From an uncultured Gammaproteobacteria bacterium (GTDB lineage Bacteria; Patescibacteriota; Patescibacteriia; UBA11705; DATKZF01): DNA of 64,000 bases. The stretch is taken from NCBI GenBank assembly GCA_964411255.1, contig CAYPKD010000002.1, positions 34,100 through 98,099 on the forward strand. The letters run 5' to 3'. Shown here piece by piece: positions 18,362 through 27,437 of the stretch (its first letter is position 1; the number at the start of each line of letters is the position of its first letter). The notes under the pieces were generated by a model, which saw only the letters and a list, made by a program, of their open reading frames with translations, had not been told where the DNA came from and did no database searches. Both the position numbers and the translations under genes were made by a program.

Positions 18362-18814
18362 CTATTTTTTTCCTCTCCATTCCTCCAAAGTTTCCGGCTC
18401 CAAAGTAATCGGATCAACATGCAATACTTTTTTCAAATGCAGATTTTTGTAAATTAAAAACCGGTGAAGATTCACCTGATGTGTTGGATGGCTTTCTCCA
18501 ACATAAATTCTGTAATAATCTCTTTCATATTCATCTTCGGAAATATAGTTCAGTTCTCTTTCAATATACATTACTAAATGCGCCTGACCATTGCTTTTCT
18601 CCTCAATTTGTTTTGCTAATTCAGTTAGTTCAGGCGCCAGTTCATGTAAAATATCAAACATTTCCTGGCTTTGACGGTCAATTGGCTGGTCTGAGGTTGC
18701 CGGACTTATTTCTGGTATTGCTGGAGAATCTAAATTTTGTGTCTCTTTAGAAAAAGAGCAGCCAGTTAAAAAGAAAAGTAAGAATAAGGGAATGATAAGT
18801 AGTTTTTTATTCAT
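18362..18814 (-). CDS. lipoprotein, unknown function
   Basis: Signal peptide with LTGCS lipobox. Confidence 0.5.
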   Translation of the reverse strand: MNKKLLIIPLFLLFFLTGCSFSKETQNLDSPAIPEISPATSDQPIDRQSQEMFDILHELAPELTELAKQIEEKSNGQAHLVMYIERELNYISEDEYERDYYRIYVGESHPTHQVNLHRFLIYKNLHLKKVLHVDPITLEPETLEEWRGKK

Positions 18815-18952
18815 ATAAATTTTAATTTAGACGTATTTAAATTTTAACATTTTTATGCATAAATAAAAAGCAAAATGCTATATTTGACAGGAATAAAACA
18901 ATATGTTATCATTGGCGAGAGTAAACGCTGGCCCGAACCATAGGAGGGGACA

Positions 18953-19198
18953 ATGGGTCAAAAAGCAGAAGCGGAAATAGTGCATTGTGTATTATGCTTA
19001 GAAGAGTTTGTGCTTACAAAACATACAGTTTATAATGATGATCTTCAGGGTTATATTTGCGATCATTGCGAGGAATCACATGAAGAAGGATTTTGCAATG
19101 ATGATTTGGGCATGTGTCCGCATGGTAGTACTGATGATGAAGGTTGTGAAGAACCCGGATGCTATGGTGGCCCTGATAGTTGGGATGATGATTGGTAA
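18953..19198 (+). CDS. small acidic Cys-rich protein
   Basis: RBS taggagggg; CxxC...CDHC...C motifs. Confidence 0.4.
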   Translation: MGQKAEAEIVHCVLCLEEFVLTKHTVYNDDLQGYICDHCEESHEEGFCNDDLGMCPHGSTDDEGCEEPGCYGGPDSWDDDW

Positions 19199-19318
19199 AA
19201 AAAAATTGTGAGCCTTGGAAAATTTTCTGAGGTTCGTTTTTATTTTAAAAAACTTTACATAAAATTTCATTAATGTTAATTTAATCTTACCAGTCAATCA
19301 GACTGAAAGGAGGAAAAA

Positions 19319-19639
19319 ATGCAAATAGAAGGTTTTGAGGAGATTAAAGATATTTACAAAATTACTGTCCAGCCAGGACAGAGCTCAGATGTGATAAAAA
19401 GATTTGAAAAAAGTTCTTTAATAATAATCGCTATTAGCGGCTTTGGAACAGTGCATAGAGCAGATCGGGAATTAGGACACATTTTAAGTTATCGTTCTTC
19501 ACCCAGACTTGATTTTAGGCATGGAGATGAGTTTGTTATCGATGTGTCTGATGAAGCTAAAGAGCCTTTGACTGTGATATTAATGCAGGTTGTAATGACA
19601 AAGTATATTGAAGAGCAAGAGGAAGCAGTCAATGGCTGA
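19319..19639 (+). CDS. hypothetical protein
   Basis: RBS aaaggaggaaaaa ATG. Confidence 0.4.
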   Translation: MQIEGFEEIKDIYKITVQPGQSSDVIKRFEKSSLIIIAISGFGTVHRADRELGHILSYRSSPRLDFRHGDEFVIDVSDEAKEPLTVILMQVVMTKYIEEQEEAVNG

Positions 19640-19892
19640 ACTGCTTCCATGTAAGCCAAAAATTTTCAAAAAGGGCACTCTTGTTTTTGAAACACACAGT
19701 CTTTCATCAGATGAAATGGAAGCCTGGGTAAAAAAGGTTGCAAAGCTGTCTGGCCAGCCAGTGGACTGGCATTATTACGGAGGCATTGCCTGCGTTTTAG
19801 CCTTGGGTAATCTTGATAAAGTTAATGCTGCAATTGAGCAATTGATGCCAGAGCATGATGCTCTAAAAGAAAAGGCCCTTGGTAGGGTTTAA
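19632..19892 (+). CDS. hypothetical protein
   Basis: RBS gaggaag then ATG overlapping upstream stop by 8 nt. Confidence 0.35.
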   Translation: MAELLPCKPKIFKKGTLVFETHSLSSDEMEAWVKKVAKLSGQPVDWHYYGGIACVLALGNLDKVNAAIEQLMPEHDALKEKALGRV

Positions 19893-19929
19893 AAACCGTC
19901 TGATTCAAAGTTAGGCGGTATTTTAATTG

Positions 19930-19987
19930 TTGACAAAAAGTAAATGGTTTGATATAAATACATATTGCCAGTGCCCAAAAAGGAGGT
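19930..19987 (+). promoter_or_regulatory. cassette module A1: TTGACA-17-TGaTATAAAT promoter + conserved leader + AGGAGGTG SD
   Basis: Near-identical module recurs at 20351, 20815, 29445, 29762, 30270, 30633, 31082. Confidence 0.65.
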
Positions 19988-19992
19988 GTGAT

Positions 19993-20295
19993 ATGAATGA
20001 AAGTGAAAAAGCTACAGCGCATGCATTAAAGTTTAACATTGAACTTATTATTGATATGCTTGGTGAATTTATCCATCAGTCAGGACATAAGGATGTTTTA
20101 TCTGTGATGGAGCAATGGAAAAGAGTTGAGATATTTATAAATTTGATGAAAAAAATGATTATTCCTGATGAACTTCGTGGGCAAGTCATCAGTAGTCTTA
20201 AGCAATGTGTTAGTATTGCCAACACCAGCCTGATTGCCAGGGGGTTGAGAAACCTGATCAAAAAACTGGAGCAGGAAAAAGAAAAAGCTGCGTAG
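19993..20295 (+). CDS. cassette ORF A1, 100-aa helical protein
   Basis: ATG 6 nt after SD; upstream extension in ORF track covers promoter DNA. Confidence 0.5.
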   Translation: MNESEKATAHALKFNIELIIDMLGEFIHQSGHKDVLSVMEQWKRVEIFINLMKKMIIPDELRGQVISSLKQCVSIANTSLIARGLRNLIKKLEQEKEKAA

Positions 20296-20315
20296 AAGCA
20301 GCCTTATTCTATAAT

Positions 20316-20346
20316 AATCGCTTGGCTCAAAGCCTGGCGGTTTTTT
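20316..20346 (+). terminator. cassette terminator (ggctcaaagcctggcgg + T6)
   Basis: Variant of recurring cctgggcggttttt terminator. Confidence 0.5.
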
Positions 20347-20350
20347 GTTA

Positions 20351-20411
20351 TTGACAGGTTAGGAATGATTTGATATAAATAAATATCGCAATTCTACGAC
20401 CAGCAAGGAGG
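20351..20411 (+). promoter_or_regulatory. cassette module A2
   Basis: ttgaca ggttaggaatgatttga tataaataaatatcgc ... aaggagg. Confidence 0.65.
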
Positions 20412-20418
20412 ACATAGA

Positions 20419-20697
20419 ATGCAGAAGTGGTATATTGTTATTATTAAGGATGAGGGTGAATTTGAGGTTGATTTCACTGAAGTAGATCCAAGAGATTTTT
20501 GTAAAGACGGTGAATTCGAATTGATTTCCAGCTGTGCTGTGCCTCCTTCAGCTATAGGATCTGTAGAGGCAATTTTTAAGTTAATGGAAACAATTGGGCT
20601 AGAGTCACCATTTGTGGATGACCTTTTCGCATGGTTTCGTGAAGTGGGCAACATAATCCTCGAAGCTGGCAGAAAGCTGCCACCTCGGGACGAGTAA
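20419..20697 (+). CDS. cassette ORF A2, 92 aa
   Basis: SD aaggagg 7 nt upstream. Confidence 0.5.
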   Translation: MQKWYIVIIKDEGEFEVDFTEVDPRDFCKDGEFELISSCAVPPSAIGSVEAIFKLMETIGLESPFVDDLFAWFREVGNIILEAGRKLPPRDE

Positions 20698-20726
20698 TAT
20701 GCTCTAATTTTCTTTTCTCATAACTG

Positions 20727-20789
20727 CTCGACTCAAAGTCTGGGCGGTTTTTTATTAACGCCAGCCTTCACATAAAGTTATGGCTGGCA
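20727..20789 (+). terminator. cassette terminator (gtctgggcggtttttt) followed by second hairpin gccagccttcacataaagttatggctggc
   Basis: T-run at 20747-20752. Confidence 0.5.
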
Positions 20790-20814
20790 GGCAAAAACGC
20801 AAAAGATTTAATCC

Positions 20815-20873
20815 TTGACAGACAAAATTTAGTTTGATATAAATACATATTGCCAATGCCCAAAAAGGGGGTG
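20815..20873 (+). promoter_or_regulatory. cassette module A3 (preceded by AAAACGCAAAAG motif)
   Basis: ttgaca gacaaaatttagtttga tataaatacatattgccaatgcccaaaaagggggtg; leader nearly identical to A1. Confidence 0.65.
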
Positions 20874-20877
20874 TGAA

Positions 20878-21387
20878 ATGAGCGTCAATTTTCTAGACCT
20901 ATTGATTGTATTTTGTGAGCAGGCTAAGACAATAGATGAAATTGTAACAGAGTTAAAAAAGCATCTTACTGATGGTAAAAAAGCTGCCCAATTACTAATC
21001 GAAGATAGGATTCGTGGAGGGTATATACAAAAGGTTGTCATATCTGAAGGTGAGAGATTTGAGCTTACACAAGCTGGACGTGATGAATTGGAAAAGATTA
21101 AATTAGGTAAACCTGATGAGATTGATAGGCTCACTATGGAAGATGCAATGATTTTCATTTGTGAACAAGCTAGAACAATAGAAGAAATTGCGACAAAATT
21201 TGAAGGGTTTGTTTGTGTTAGTAAAGAAAGTATGAGAAAAGAAATAGTCCCTGCCTTAATTGCATTTAATACTGATAGGAGGGGTTATATGCAAAAGGTC
21301 GATACATCTGATGGTGAGAAGTATGGGCTTACAAAAAAAGGAATTATTTTTATGAAAAGGCTAAAATCATCTAAGCGAACTCCTTAA
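20878..21387 (+). CDS. cassette ORF A3, 169 aa, internal tandem duplication of an ~80-aa module
   Basis: FCEQAKTIDEIVTELKK... repeated as FICEQARTIEEIATKFE...; ...RGGYIQKV.. / ..RRGYMQKVDTSDGEKYGLTKKG. Confidence 0.55.
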   Translation: MSVNFLDLLIVFCEQAKTIDEIVTELKKHLTDGKKAAQLLIEDRIRGGYIQKVVISEGERFELTQAGRDELEKIKLGKPDEIDRLTMEDAMIFICEQARTIEEIATKFEGFVCVSKESMRKEIVPALIAFNTDRRGYMQKVDTSDGEKYGLTKKGIIFMKRLKSSKRTP

Positions 21388-21422
21388 TCGTGCATGACTC
21401 TCTTAAAGTAAATTATAGACAA

Positions 21423-21493
21423 CCCGCTTAGGAAAAATTTCTGGGCGGTTTTTTATTTTAAAAAATAAAAAAACGGCCTGGCGGCCGCTTTTA
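21423..21493. terminator. cassette terminator cccgcttaggaaaaatttctgggcggtttttt plus bidirectional hairpin aacggcctggcggccgctttt
   Basis: Also serves minus-strand gene ending 21494. Confidence 0.55.
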
Positions 21494-21712
21494 TTATAAT
21501 TGGATTTCAAATTTATCAACGCCTTTTTCCTTTAGCTTCTCAAAAACTTCACCCATTGGCATGTTCATAAAATCTTCTAAGCTGGTGTCTTCAGAAATAA
21601 TCCCTGTTTCTTTGGCAGATTTGTACGCAGCTTTATACATAAGCTGACTTGCCATTTCTTCATTAGGACTGCCAAGCTCCCTGTCTTTTGGAATAAATTT
21701 TTCTTCTGTCAT
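21494..21712 (-). CDS. hypothetical small protein
   Basis: ORF only. Confidence 0.4.
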   Translation of the reverse strand: MTEEKFIPKDRELGSPNEEMASQLMYKAAYKSAKETGIISEDTSLEDFMNMPMGEVFEKLKEKGVDKFEIQL

Positions 21713-21716
21713 ATTT

Positions 21717-22265
21717 TTATTTAAATTTAATTGAGCTCATGATTGTGTCAAATTGTTTTTCTATAGTCTCTGTATCTTCAGTGTCAGCTGCGCTGGACCA
21801 GAATCGTAAATGATTTTCATCATCTGAAAATGAATAGTGAAATTCATTGACAAAGCCCTCAGGATCGTCAATTGCTCTGCCTTTGTATTGAATAGTGAAT
21901 TTGATACCGTCAAGTTTATTCAGAGTAACATTTTCTGAAGAAATTATTTCACCGCAGGCATCAGTGTCTTTGCAAAGCATTTGAATATTATCTTTTTCCC
22001 ACTGGAGTAATTGAGCCTGATCTTTCTTTGCTCTTGGAGTAATCTGATAAACAATTTGATTAAATGATTGGCCATCTTTTGCCTTGACCAAGCCGCTTTC
22101 TGCAATATGTGGTGCAGGCAAAGTAAAACTAAAGTGAGTATTATTAAAAACGCTTTCTTTTTGTGTCTCTTCTTGTTGAATAGTATCAACTGGTTTTGTT
22201 TGTTGTTTGCAGCCGGTAATTACAAATGCCAGGCAAATAATTAGGATTGGAATTATTTTTTTCAT
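21717..22265 (-). CDS. lipoprotein, unknown function
   Basis: Signal peptide + ITGCK lipobox. Confidence 0.5.
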   Translation of the reverse strand: MKKIIPILIICLAFVITGCKQQTKPVDTIQQEETQKESVFNNTHFSFTLPAPHIAESGLVKAKDGQSFNQIVYQITPRAKKDQAQLLQWEKDNIQMLCKDTDACGEIISSENVTLNKLDGIKFTIQYKGRAIDDPEGFVNEFHYSFSDDENHLRFWSSAADTEDTETIEKQFDTIMSSIKFK

Positions 22266-22281
22266 AAAGTTTATTGATTAT

Positions 22282-22743
22282 TTATGAAGCTAGTTTATAA
22301 ATGTAATAAATTATTGCAACAATGGCTGCAAGGGCAAGCAGGATTTTTATAAACGTGAAACTACCACCGACTTTGATAGGTTTTGGCTTGTCATTTAGAA
22401 AAGGCTGCGATGGACTGTCTGGCTTTTGGCGATTTTTGCCAATTGTAACAAGAGGCGGCTTTTTCTGATCTATTTTGTTTCCATTTAATTGTATATCTAA
22501 TGGTTGGCCCTTGACTGAAGAACTTTTTATCTTTTTAAATTCTGCAACAACTTCATTCCAGTTGTTAAAGCTCTTGCCATTTATCTTTAGTTTTTTTACA
22601 TCAATATTTTCAATCACATCTGGAATATTATTTTGATTTTTATCTATAATGCGCTGAACGATTTTTGGCAGTCCGCCTAAGCTGCCAAAGACAAGCTCTT
22701 TTGGATCTGAATTGTCTGGTTTTTGATTTAGAGGTTGATCCAT
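22282..22743 (-). CDS. C-terminally membrane-anchored protein
   Basis: Single TM at C-terminus. Confidence 0.45.
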   Translation of the reverse strand: MDQPLNQKPDNSDPKELVFGSLGGLPKIVQRIIDKNQNNIPDVIENIDVKKLKINGKSFNNWNEVVAEFKKIKSSSVKGQPLDIQLNGNKIDQKKPPLVTIGKNRQKPDSPSQPFLNDKPKPIKVGGSFTFIKILLALAAIVAIIYYIYKLAS

Positions 22744-22758
22744 ATTTTTCTATGTTAT

Positions 22759-23469
22759 TTATTTTAAACAAGACATTATTGTTTCTCTGGCAATTCTATC
22801 ATGGAATTTAATATTTTTAAATCCAATTTTTTTCATTTCAGCAGCAGATTCATTTTCTTTCATAATAATATCTGGATGACGGTCTTCTTGCTCATGTTTT
22901 ATTGCTGTTTCTGCCACTTTTTTATTTGAAATTGATTTTAATCTGGAAACAGCTTCATCAAATGATTTTTGTTCTTTCTCAGGATCATCATAAACATATT
23001 TATCCATATTAACAAAAATTCCATTTGATTTTAAAATTCTATAAATTTTTTTTAATAATTCTTTGCGTTCAGTTTTAGTGAAATTGTGAATTGTCCAAAA
23101 AGAGGTGACTGCAGTAAAGCTTGAGGATTCCAAGGTTTTTATATATTTAAATATGTCTTCACAGACTGGTATTACATTTTTACTTTTAATATATTGTTTT
23201 AAATTTTTTTTTAGTCTTTTTATCATTCTCTTATCATTATCAACTGCAAATATCGTAATCGATTGGTTTTTTTCTAATATATACCTTAATTCTTCACCAG
23301 TCCCGCTGCCAATATCAATTATTTGTAAATCTTTTTCCTGAGCAATATGATTATTTACAATTTCTGCTGCCTTTTTTTTCAATTTTGAAATTTGAGGATA
23401 AGCTTCAAGCACTAAATCATATTCCTCAAGCATTTCATCCGGATATATTTCATCTTTTATATTGACCAT
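22759..23469 (-). CDS. class I SAM-dependent methyltransferase
   Basis: IIDIGSGTGEEL motif I; Rossmann-like pattern. Confidence 0.7.
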   Translation of the reverse strand: MVNIKDEIYPDEMLEEYDLVLEAYPQISKLKKKAAEIVNNHIAQEKDLQIIDIGSGTGEELRYILEKNQSITIFAVDNDKRMIKRLKKNLKQYIKSKNVIPVCEDIFKYIKTLESSSFTAVTSFWTIHNFTKTERKELLKKIYRILKSNGIFVNMDKYVYDDPEKEQKSFDEAVSRLKSISNKKVAETAIKHEQEDRHPDIIMKENESAAEMKKIGFKNIKFHDRIARETIMSCLK

Positions 23470-23472
23470 AAA

Positions 23473-23844
23473 TTACTTTTGAAACTTTTGTTCAATTCGC
23501 TGTTTTAATAATTGATATCTTTGAGCAGTTTTTGCTTGAATTGCTGATTGGCTGTTTAGAATTTCATCTCTTGATTTAATTTTATCTTGGCAAATTTTTG
23601 TATCTTTTGCAAATTGCATTTTTGTTAAATCAATTTTTTTTCCATCTGGCAGTTTATTCCAATAATGGTTTGTATGCTCACAATACAATATTTCACCATT
23701 AAAATAATGCTGAATAATTAAAGCAGTGACGGCGCACTGGCCGAGTGCGGGATTTTCAGCAGTCCATTGATCAGCCAGTTTTGGATAGCATGTGTCTTTA
23801 TCCCAGGATTGTTTGATTGCTTTTTCTACGTGTTTGATATCCAT
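23473..23844 (-). CDS. hypothetical protein
   Basis: ORF; ATG at 23844 preferred over TTG at 23901. Confidence 0.4.
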   Translation of the reverse strand: MDIKHVEKAIKQSWDKDTCYPKLADQWTAENPALGQCAVTALIIQHYFNGEILYCEHTNHYWNKLPDGKKIDLTKMQFAKDTKICQDKIKSRDEILNSQSAIQAKTAQRYQLLKQRIEQKFQK

Positions 23845-23927
23845 AATTATTGATTTATAATTGACAAATAATGGTGGTCTTTGGTAAGATAGCTTAAACA
23901 ATGGAAATCAACAATGGAGGATAAGCC

Positions 23928-24305
23928 ATGACACGAGATGAGCTGTTACAGGAAATCCACAAACATTTGCCTGTGTTGGCTAATGAGGGCTGCCAAATAC
24001 GGGAGCTCAAGGAAATTGCTCCAGGCATAATGGTTGCATTTGATGAGAGCGATGGTACATTTATTTACTATTTTGAAACATCTATTTATGGATTCAGAAC
24101 TGATCGGAATGCCCAAATGTGGGGTGCAAATGATCAAAGTGGGCAGCCAGAAGGATGCTCTGAAGGTATCCATGCCTTTGTTTGTGGAATTAATAGCCCT
24201 GACAACTGGTCAGATGTTGTTTTCGAAGCGAAAAATAGGCTGATAACAAAAGAGGGTGAGTATATTAACTGGCATAAAAAACCTGTTGAAATATCTCTTC
24301 AATAA
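23928..24305 (+). CDS. hypothetical protein
   Basis: RBS aatggagg. Confidence 0.45.
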   Translation: MTRDELLQEIHKHLPVLANEGCQIRELKEIAPGIMVAFDESDGTFIYYFETSIYGFRTDRNAQMWGANDQSGQPEGCSEGIHAFVCGINSPDNWSDVVFEAKNRLITKEGEYINWHKKPVEISLQ

Positions 24306-24355
24306 AGTGGCTTAAAGCTTTTTGTAGGCCTTCTCAAAACAATGAGAAGGTTTTT

Positions 24356-24751
24356 TTATTCATTCCTAAAAGTCTCAACAATCTTAGGAAATCCTTCCCA
24401 AGGCATTCCTTCCCATAATGCAAAACTTACTGCGTTTTGAGAAACATTTATTTGAAGTGAAGGGGTTACGTCCTGAACAAATTCACCAGTTTCGTCTGTT
24501 TTTACAATATGGACAATTGTTTTTTGAGGATTCTCTGGATCTGCTGTTTCATTTACTCCATAATCTTGCGGGTGTTTAAAGCTAAAGCCTTTGTTGCTTT
24601 TATATTCAATCCAGTTTTCAAGATCAGTATATTCTGTCAATGGCATAGTGTCAGCAGGCTGCTGCGTTTTTTGCCAATAATAAACTCCGCCACCAGTAAT
24701 GATTGCAGTAATAATTACCGTTAGAATGATTTTAGATTTTGTTGATTTCAT
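24356..24751 (-). CDS. N-terminally anchored secreted protein
   Basis: TM/signal anchor. Confidence 0.45.
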   Translation of the reverse strand: MKSTKSKIILTVIITAIITGGGVYYWQKTQQPADTMPLTEYTDLENWIEYKSNKGFSFKHPQDYGVNETADPENPQKTIVHIVKTDETGEFVQDVTPSLQINVSQNAVSFALWEGMPWEGFPKIVETFRNE

Positions 24752-24760
24752 AGGTATTGT

Positions 24761-25246
24761 TTATTTTTTATTTTTTTCAGAAATTAGTTTCATCGCATCA
24801 GGCGGAATAGATGACTCATAATGCACTTCATGGATTTCAGCTGCTTCAAAAGGATCAGGATTGTTTGGGTCAGCTTTCATCAAATAGTTGTGGGTGCGGG
24901 AAGGTGTAAGATATTGTGTGTCTATTTCTAAAACAACCAGATTGCCTTTTTTTGCTTTTTGCGTTTCTTCAGCTACGCCCATTGCAAAATCAATGTCATC
25001 TGATAAGGAGACAACTTCCCGGTCTTCAAGTATTAATTTGGACGGATCAAGGCCTTCTTTCAATATTTGCTGCGCGTTTTGCCGCGTGGTTACATGATAA
25101 AGTTTTTCCGGAAGAGGTTTTCGCCGTTTTTCAAAATAAGCTTCTTTTTCATCAATCTTTTTAAGCTGCTTTTTCATTGCTTCTGTGAATTCATCAATTG
25201 ATTTCATTAATTCCTCAGGATTTACTTGGGGTTGTTCTTTATTCAT
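24761..25246 (-). CDS. hypothetical protein with LYHVT..ILKEGL motif (tentatively Tpt1/KptA-like ADP-ribosyltransferase fold)
   Basis: Resembles LYHGT..GL block of RNA 2'-phosphotransferases; N-terminal catalytic R/H residues not evident. Confidence 0.3.
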   Translation of the reverse strand: MNKEQPQVNPEELMKSIDEFTEAMKKQLKKIDEKEAYFEKRRKPLPEKLYHVTTRQNAQQILKEGLDPSKLILEDREVVSLSDDIDFAMGVAEETQKAKKGNLVVLEIDTQYLTPSRTHNYLMKADPNNPDPFEAAEIHEVHYESSIPPDAMKLISEKNKK

Positions 25247-25258
25247 AAAATTAAATTT

Positions 25259-25819
25259 TCATTCAAGCAGCAGCATTATTGCTTCATATTTTGGTTTGAT
25301 CATTTTTTTTGATTGTTCAAAATGCAATTGATTCCACTTGCGCTCCAATTTTTCTTTAACAGCAATTTTTGCAGACTCCCTTGATTTATGTCCTTCCCAG
25401 CAAAAAGCTGCCTGAAAAATTCCGGGGATATCATCAAAGCAGGCCAGTGTATCAGCTTCAGCAATAATTTTTTCTTCAATGCTTTCTCTAGTGCTATGTT
25501 GAGATCCGCGATGGTGCAGGATGCATCTTTTTATTAATTCAATTTTTTCAGCAGGATATTCAAGGTCTTTTAATTTTTGTTCTGCAATCTTTGCGCCAGT
25601 AAGATGATGATCTTTTCGGCCATGTCTGATTGATCCAATGTCATGCAGCCAGGCAGCTAATAAAACAATTTCTTTATCACCTCCTAACTCGTCTGTGAGT
25701 TTTTCTGAATATTTAGCCATTGGTATAAAATGATAAATGAAAGCATCATACCCATAAGTACTTTCCGGTTTTTTACATTCAGTTTTAACAAAATTTTTAA
25801 TTTCTTGGATAATATTCAT
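25259..25819 (-). CDS. HD-domain phosphohydrolase
   Basis: LAAWLHDIGS...HHRGSQH. Confidence 0.65.
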   Translation of the reverse strand: MNIIQEIKNFVKTECKKPESTYGYDAFIYHFIPMAKYSEKLTDELGGDKEIVLLAAWLHDIGSIRHGRKDHHLTGAKIAEQKLKDLEYPAEKIELIKRCILHHRGSQHSTRESIEEKIIAEADTLACFDDIPGIFQAAFCWEGHKSRESAKIAVKEKLERKWNQLHFEQSKKMIKPKYEAIMLLLE

Positions 25820-25825
25820 AAAAAT

Positions 25826-26314
25826 TTAAACCAGCGCAAATAAAATCATATGATTATGCCCAAATTTTTTAGCGCATCCTGGACAATATGCATAATGAAC
25901 ATAATATTTTTTTGCTTTTTTATTTTGCTTAGCTAAATATTCATCCATAACTTTAATATGCTTTGGCACAGAATTGTATGGGCCATCAAAAACTTTTGCA
26001 ATAAATGTACCAGAAAGAGCAGTGTTATTTGCTTCAGGCACATTGCCAGTGACAGAAAGGTAAATTTCAGATTTAAATGGAGATGGATCAGTGAATAATA
26101 CTAAAGTGTTTTCTAGGTTTTCATCCATCTTTTTTGCATCTTCAGCCAACTTGGTCATTTTGGTTAATCTTTTACCAATCATTGGTGGAAAGGGCATGTG
26201 AAATAGTGTTGGCACTGATTCTTTTATAAAAAGTTTGTTTTTCCAGTTGAATGTTTTTTCATCCCAGCGTTCTGGATGAAATTTCGGGCAGCATTCGTCA
26301 TTGTTGTTGTTCAT
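25826..26314 (-). CDS. hypothetical protein
   Basis: ORF, C-terminal CPGC..H.H. Confidence 0.4.
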   Translation of the reverse strand: MNNNNDECCPKFHPERWDEKTFNWKNKLFIKESVPTLFHMPFPPMIGKRLTKMTKLAEDAKKMDENLENTLVLFTDPSPFKSEIYLSVTGNVPEANNTALSGTFIAKVFDGPYNSVPKHIKVMDEYLAKQNKKAKKYYVHYAYCPGCAKKFGHNHMILFALV

Positions 26315-26349
26315 ATATTTTTTATTTTTGAGCTATATTCATAAATTAT

Positions 26350-26718
26350 TTAAGAGGAAAAATATTCTTTATAATAAGAAATTATTATATAACATTTTAC
26401 CGCCTCGCCTCTTTTTCGGGTACACTTTTCGCCTTCAATGCTATTGTAATCAGCGCAGCTGCCGCGAGTGGAATTTTTATCAGGGTACAGGCACAGTTTT
26501 TTAGTGCATTCATCATTATAGGTGCAGGCTTTGCCAGCGTCTTTAGCTTTAAATTCGCAATTACTGCTGAAGGAATGGGCGAATATTTTTCCGCCTCTTT
26601 GCACGCAAAAGTTGCATGAGGAATTATCGCAAAGCCATCCCTCTTTTTCAGATGATTGCAAAGAACAACCAGATAATAATATGATACTGATAAATAAGAA
26701 TAAAATTGTTTTTTTCAT
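26350..26718 (-). CDS. Cys-rich lipoprotein
   Basis: LSGCS lipobox; 12 Cys. Confidence 0.45.
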   Translation of the reverse strand: MKKTILFLFISIILLSGCSLQSSEKEGWLCDNSSCNFCVQRGGKIFAHSFSSNCEFKAKDAGKACTYNDECTKKLCLYPDKNSTRGSCADYNSIEGEKCTRKRGEAVKCYIIISYYKEYFSS

Positions 26719-27014
26719 ATTTTTTTATTTTTAGGTTTAATAAAAACATAAACTGCTTTTTGATTTTGGTCCAGCCCTTCAACATCAACCAATTTAACTA
26801 CTATATCAACCTCATCTTTATATTTATCAATGTATTCTTTTATAATTTCTTCTTTTGTGCGAAATGGAATTGCAACAAATCGCGCGCCTTTAGTAAATTT
26901 GAATTTAGTCAGTGGTTCTTGAGTAACAAGGGTAAAGCCCTGCGCTTCCAGCTCTTTTTTTCTTTGTTCAAATGGAGATTCTTTTGCCCAAGGACTCTTT
27001 TCTTGTTTTGTCAT
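26715..27014 (-). CDS. hypothetical protein
   Basis: ORF overlapping downstream start by 4 nt. Confidence 0.4.
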   Translation of the reverse strand: MTKQEKSPWAKESPFEQRKKELEAQGFTLVTQEPLTKFKFTKGARFVAIPFRTKEEIIKEYIDKYKDEVDIVVKLVDVEGLDQNQKAVYVFIKPKNKKI

Positions 27015-27038
27015 AGTCCTTATATGAATAATTGATTT

Positions 27039-27419
27039 TTACTTTATTAATTCAAGCCTTTCCTCAAATTCTATTCTGCTTTGCTCTAAATTTTGTGGAT
27101 AGCTTACTAATTCTTCGCCAGTGAATTCATCGTAGTAATTTGTCCTTTCTCTCATACCAGCTTCATCAATAGATGGATCATCAATTAAAGAATATTCCTT
27201 GTATTTTGTTATACAGCTTTTTCTTTTTTTACTATAGTATGTTCCGAAAAATGAGTATGTTGCTTTGCTATCATTTTCTGCATTCATTTCCTCAATCCTG
27301 TTTTGTGCAATATTGATATATTCACTGCATTTTTTTTTAAGAGTCTGTTCTGATTCTGCGCAGCCTGAAAGGGTTAGTAGAGAGAGAATTATTATGGGGA
27401 AAGTGATTATTTTTTTCAT
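27039..27419 (-). CDS. lipoprotein
   Basis: LSGCA lipobox. Confidence 0.45.
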   Translation of the reverse strand: MKKIITFPIIILSLLTLSGCAESEQTLKKKCSEYINIAQNRIEEMNAENDSKATYSFFGTYYSKKRKSCITKYKEYSLIDDPSIDEAGMRERTNYYDEFTGEELVSYPQNLEQSRIEFEERLELIK

Positions 27420-27437
27420 ATGAGTATTTTATTTCAC

